23,512 bases of DNA, from the NCBI RefSeq assembly GCF_006345805.1, contig NW_021836602.1:1-23512 (forward strand), read 5' to 3'. Source of the stretch: Octopus sinensis. Its lineage: Eukaryota. The notes under the pieces were generated by a model, which ran no database searches, was not told the DNA's origin, and saw only the letters and a program-made list of their open reading frames with translations. Of the stretch, positions 20,485 to 23,512 are shown one piece after another (the stretch's first letter is position 1; the number at the start of each line of letters is the position of its first letter). The translations under genes and the position numbers were made by a program.

Positions 20485-21743
20485 GTAAGCCCTCTCACGC
20501 AAATAGTTTAGTTTACACCTCTGGCTTTATCAAACTATCTAGCTAATACCCTCGTAGAATTTCTGTAACTCAGACATGCACACACATGTATGTGCATGCT
20601 ACCTGATGGTGTTTATATTGTAGACACCTGAAAATAGAATTTGTAACTCTTTTTGAGTTAGAAATTGTTATATTCTTGGCCTCAGCAAACAATAGGTATT
20701 GTGGAGTAGAGGTAAGTTTTCAGTGAATTCTATTTCACTATTTCCTTGAAAAAGGCATGAAATTTCAACTTCCTTTTCTTTCTTTTCTAAAAACTCCTTG
20801 GTGTTAGCTACTCTGTAAAAAGGCTAAGATTAATGTATTAATAATATTCCTGCATTCATGAAATATTTTTAGAGGGTAGTTAAAATATTAGACCTGCTAA
20901 TCATATCATCAATAGTTCAGTTATATTGGCATTCATTGCCTTTATACATTGCACCATATGGTGTTGCTTAATTTACCTTAAAACAACTGTATGAATGTGT
21001 AGGGTGGCAACCATGTAGATATATTTGCGAAACATTTACTCTGTAAGTCATGAAAGTTGTCACATTTAGAAAAGCCCTCCAACTTATAATGTCATAGAAA
21101 AATATACATAAAATTATCACCAAAGAAATATGCTTCCCTCTCCTCCCTGGAACAAGATAGACTGTTCTTATGCCTCTCTCATTATACTACCGTATTCTTT
21201 AGGGAGGTATTCTTTGGATGGAAGTATATTATGTAGGAGTGGTAGCCTGCATCTGCTGGTATAAATATTTCCTGGTTAGATTTTCTTGTTGCACTTGTGA
21301 GAGTGTGATTGGCATATACATCTGCCTAAATTCGAGTTAGATGTATGAAGTACAAATAGAAAGGGCATTTGGCTGAGTTTCAACAAGGTACTGGATTAAC
21401 AGGTTGAGAAGTCAGTAGTTTGTATCATGTGACTGTGACAGTGATATGTCAATAGCGAAGAACTCTGCATCTCACTGTAGGTAGCCCATATTCTAAACAC
21501 TGCTATATGCAGTGGAGCAGCAGAACTGTAAAAGTCAAGACCTGTTTTCAGCTTGTCCAGTAGATGAACTGGATTCTGCTTTGTCTAGGAATTAGATTTA
21601 TGGTCTATATTGATGCATGTTTATGATCATAGACGGTTTAGAAATCAAGTGAATACCCGGCAATTAGCAGAGTCGCTAAAGAAGCAAGTAACTGATTTTA
21701 AAAACTGGGCTTAATCCAAAGTCTTTGTGAAAACTTATCCTAA

Positions 21744-21954
21744 CCCTTTTGATAGAAACCTGCCTGAAACCGCCTCTGGCTTTGTAGTACAAATGTTTTG
21801 TTTTCAAAAGTTCTGAATTAAAATCTTCCACCAAACCTTAGTTACAATTTATATTCCTAACTCTACCTAAGTTGTTTTACTAAATTATTTTATGTTATGT
21901 TTAAAATTAGTTGAAAGAAACACACATCTCAACAGAAATGTGATAACAAAAGGG
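21744..21954 (+). mobile_element. piggyBac-type MITE (~211 bp)
   Basis: (C)TAA-CCCTTTTGATA ... TAACAAAAGGG-TTAA. The termini are homologous to those of the 22373-23435 element. Confidence 0.82.
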
Positions 21955-22372
21955 TTAATGATCCTGAACCTTCATTAATAAGCTACTAACCCTTGCTTCC
22001 TAATTGTGCTTAACTGACTTCTAAAATATTCACATCTAATCCAAAACTGCTTCATTCTTCCAACTATCTGGCTCTTTAACTTCCGAATCTCTGTACGCTA
22101 CAAGAATTTATATCCTTAATGCTGTGTTAAAAGCAAATTCTATTTTTACTAGTGGGACCCATGGAAATATCATGATGTAAGTCAGCCTACTTGGAAACAT
22201 TACATGAAGGCTTGTCTTTAATATATTAAACTTAATATATCAATATGAATATATTAATTCTGCCATTTAATCAAAATTGTACTTTTAAAAATATTCCAAA
22301 TGAACGTAGAAAGTATTGCTTAATTACCTTCTTTTAACATATTTGACAGATATGATTTGTTTTATAGGTTAA

Positions 22373-23435
22373 CCCTTTCGTTACCAAACCGCCCGAAAAA
22401 ATTTTGGTTAATGTGACCAAACCGCCCAAAGTCGCCCGAATTTACCTATTCATATTTAAATGAGAATATCAGAGCAAATCTCTTTAGTACATTCATGAAA
22501 ACACGTGATTATACTTCGTAAACAGTTCATCTACAGTTTTGTACAAAAATCGAAGTGTAATTTTAATTCCGTGAATTTTGGGAGATTTTTTTCCGAAATT
22601 TGTTTCTATCGTGTTTTCAAAATTTGTAATTCTGACAAAAAATGGATACGAATTTCATTATATCAAGCAGCGAGTCAGAATTCGAAGGATTTTCTACTGA
22701 AGACCTTCATAAATCTAACTCTATGACTGAAAAAAAAAAGCATGTGGTATTTGATAATGAATCTGATGTTTCATTTTCTGAAAGTGAAAACAGTGAATTC
22801 GAGAGCTCCGACATCAATAAAGAAAATGAATTGGCACCTGAATGGAGTGAAAATTTAAAAACTGTTTCTTTCGGTGATTTTTCTGAAGAAACTGGACCAA
22901 GCCACAGACTTTCCCAGAAGAGTAAAGCCTTAGACTATTTTTTTTTTACTTTTTCGAATGAGCCTATTTGAAATCATTACGGCGGAAACGAACCGTTATG
23001 CTAAATGTAAAAAAAACGAAAGAAAGGATAGTTAGTGGTTTCCCATAACCTTAAATGAAATTAAGACTATTTTGCCATTAATATTATTATGGGTATCAGA
23101 AAGTTACCCAGAATAACAAATTCTATCGTAAAATTTTGTTGTATACCCAATTGAATATTAGCTAATAACCCATTTTCTATAGCGATGTTTGAACAAAATT
23201 TTAATAATTTTATATTTTGTTGAATTTACCTGTATCTACCTGCAATTAGTCACTTTGTGACAAAAATTATAGTATAGAATTGGTTGAGAACATTTCATTA
23301 AATTATCTTCCAAAATTCACGTTCATATATTGATAAATAAAAAAGTTATAGTTTGTTTAATGAAACCAGACTAAATTTATGATTATGTTAGAAATTAATT
23401 GAAACACATACGTCAGAAATATAGTAACGAAAGGG
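22373..23435 (+). mobile_element. Internally deleted piggyBac transposon (1063 bp)
   Basis: Perfect TTAA TSDs (22369-22372, 23436-23439). Perfect 12-bp TIRs CCCTTTCGTTAC. Subterminal ACCAAACCGCCC twice (22383, 22416). N-terminal transposase remnant inside. Confidence 0.95.
22642..23115 (+). pseudogene. piggyBac (PGBD4-like) transposase N-terminal remnant
   Basis: Acidic N-terminus, WSENL...FSEETGP, LDYFF..F.NE, then after frameshifts EIITAETNRYA, WFPITLNEIK, YFAINIIMGIRKLP. The catalytic DDD core is absent. Confidence 0.88.
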
Positions 23436-23512
23436 TTAAGGAAAAATAAGTTTGAATTAAAAAGCTAAAACAGCATATAGATATATATCTCAGAGGTGAC
23501 TCCAGGTCATCA

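Noticed and set aside
21490-21595. Peptide PVDELDSALSR faintly like Crypton/DUF3504 proteins
   Set aside because: Too short, bounded by stops, with no further motifs.
22537-22971. In-frame TPR-piggyBac transposase fusion like CSB-PGBD3
   Set aside because: The two AG sites in frame with the transposase ORF (22536, 22584) hit stops at 22558 and 22627 before the ATG at 22642. The AGs at 22667 and 22670 are out of frame, and the catalytic core is deleted.
23494-23512. Possible start of the next TPR exon (ctcAG or cagAG)
   Set aside because: Too short at the window edge, with a poor pyrimidine tract. The first AG gives an immediate stop in phase 0.
1-23512. CRISPR array, prokaryotic operon or defence system
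   Set aside because: There is no regularly spaced repeat-spacer array. The spliced gene structure and metazoan transposons account for the window.

Overview
Eukaryotic, AT-rich, CpG-poor genomic DNA. The SINE/MITE repertoire, recognised from memory, points to an octopod cephalopod (inference). The whole window lies inside a plus-strand multi-exon gene for nucleoprotein TPR (Tpr/Megator, nuclear basket). Ten GT-AG exons between 7781 and 20484 splice into one open frame of 532 codons covering the distal coiled coil and the start of the disordered tail, including the NLS region. The start and stop codons are outside the window. The introns are a stack of decayed transposons: a Mag-type Gypsy LTR element, an RTE LINE, hAT fragments, a full-length DD41D Tc1/mariner with a foldback insert, tRNA-derived SINEs, and a young internally deleted piggyBac next to a related MITE. 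The most unusual signal is a perfect 130/130 bp inverted repeat 9.8 kb apart (2085-2214 and 12014-12143) inside otherwise decayed elements, bracketing three TPR exons. I found no support for a new multi-gene system, CRISPR array or RNA gene.
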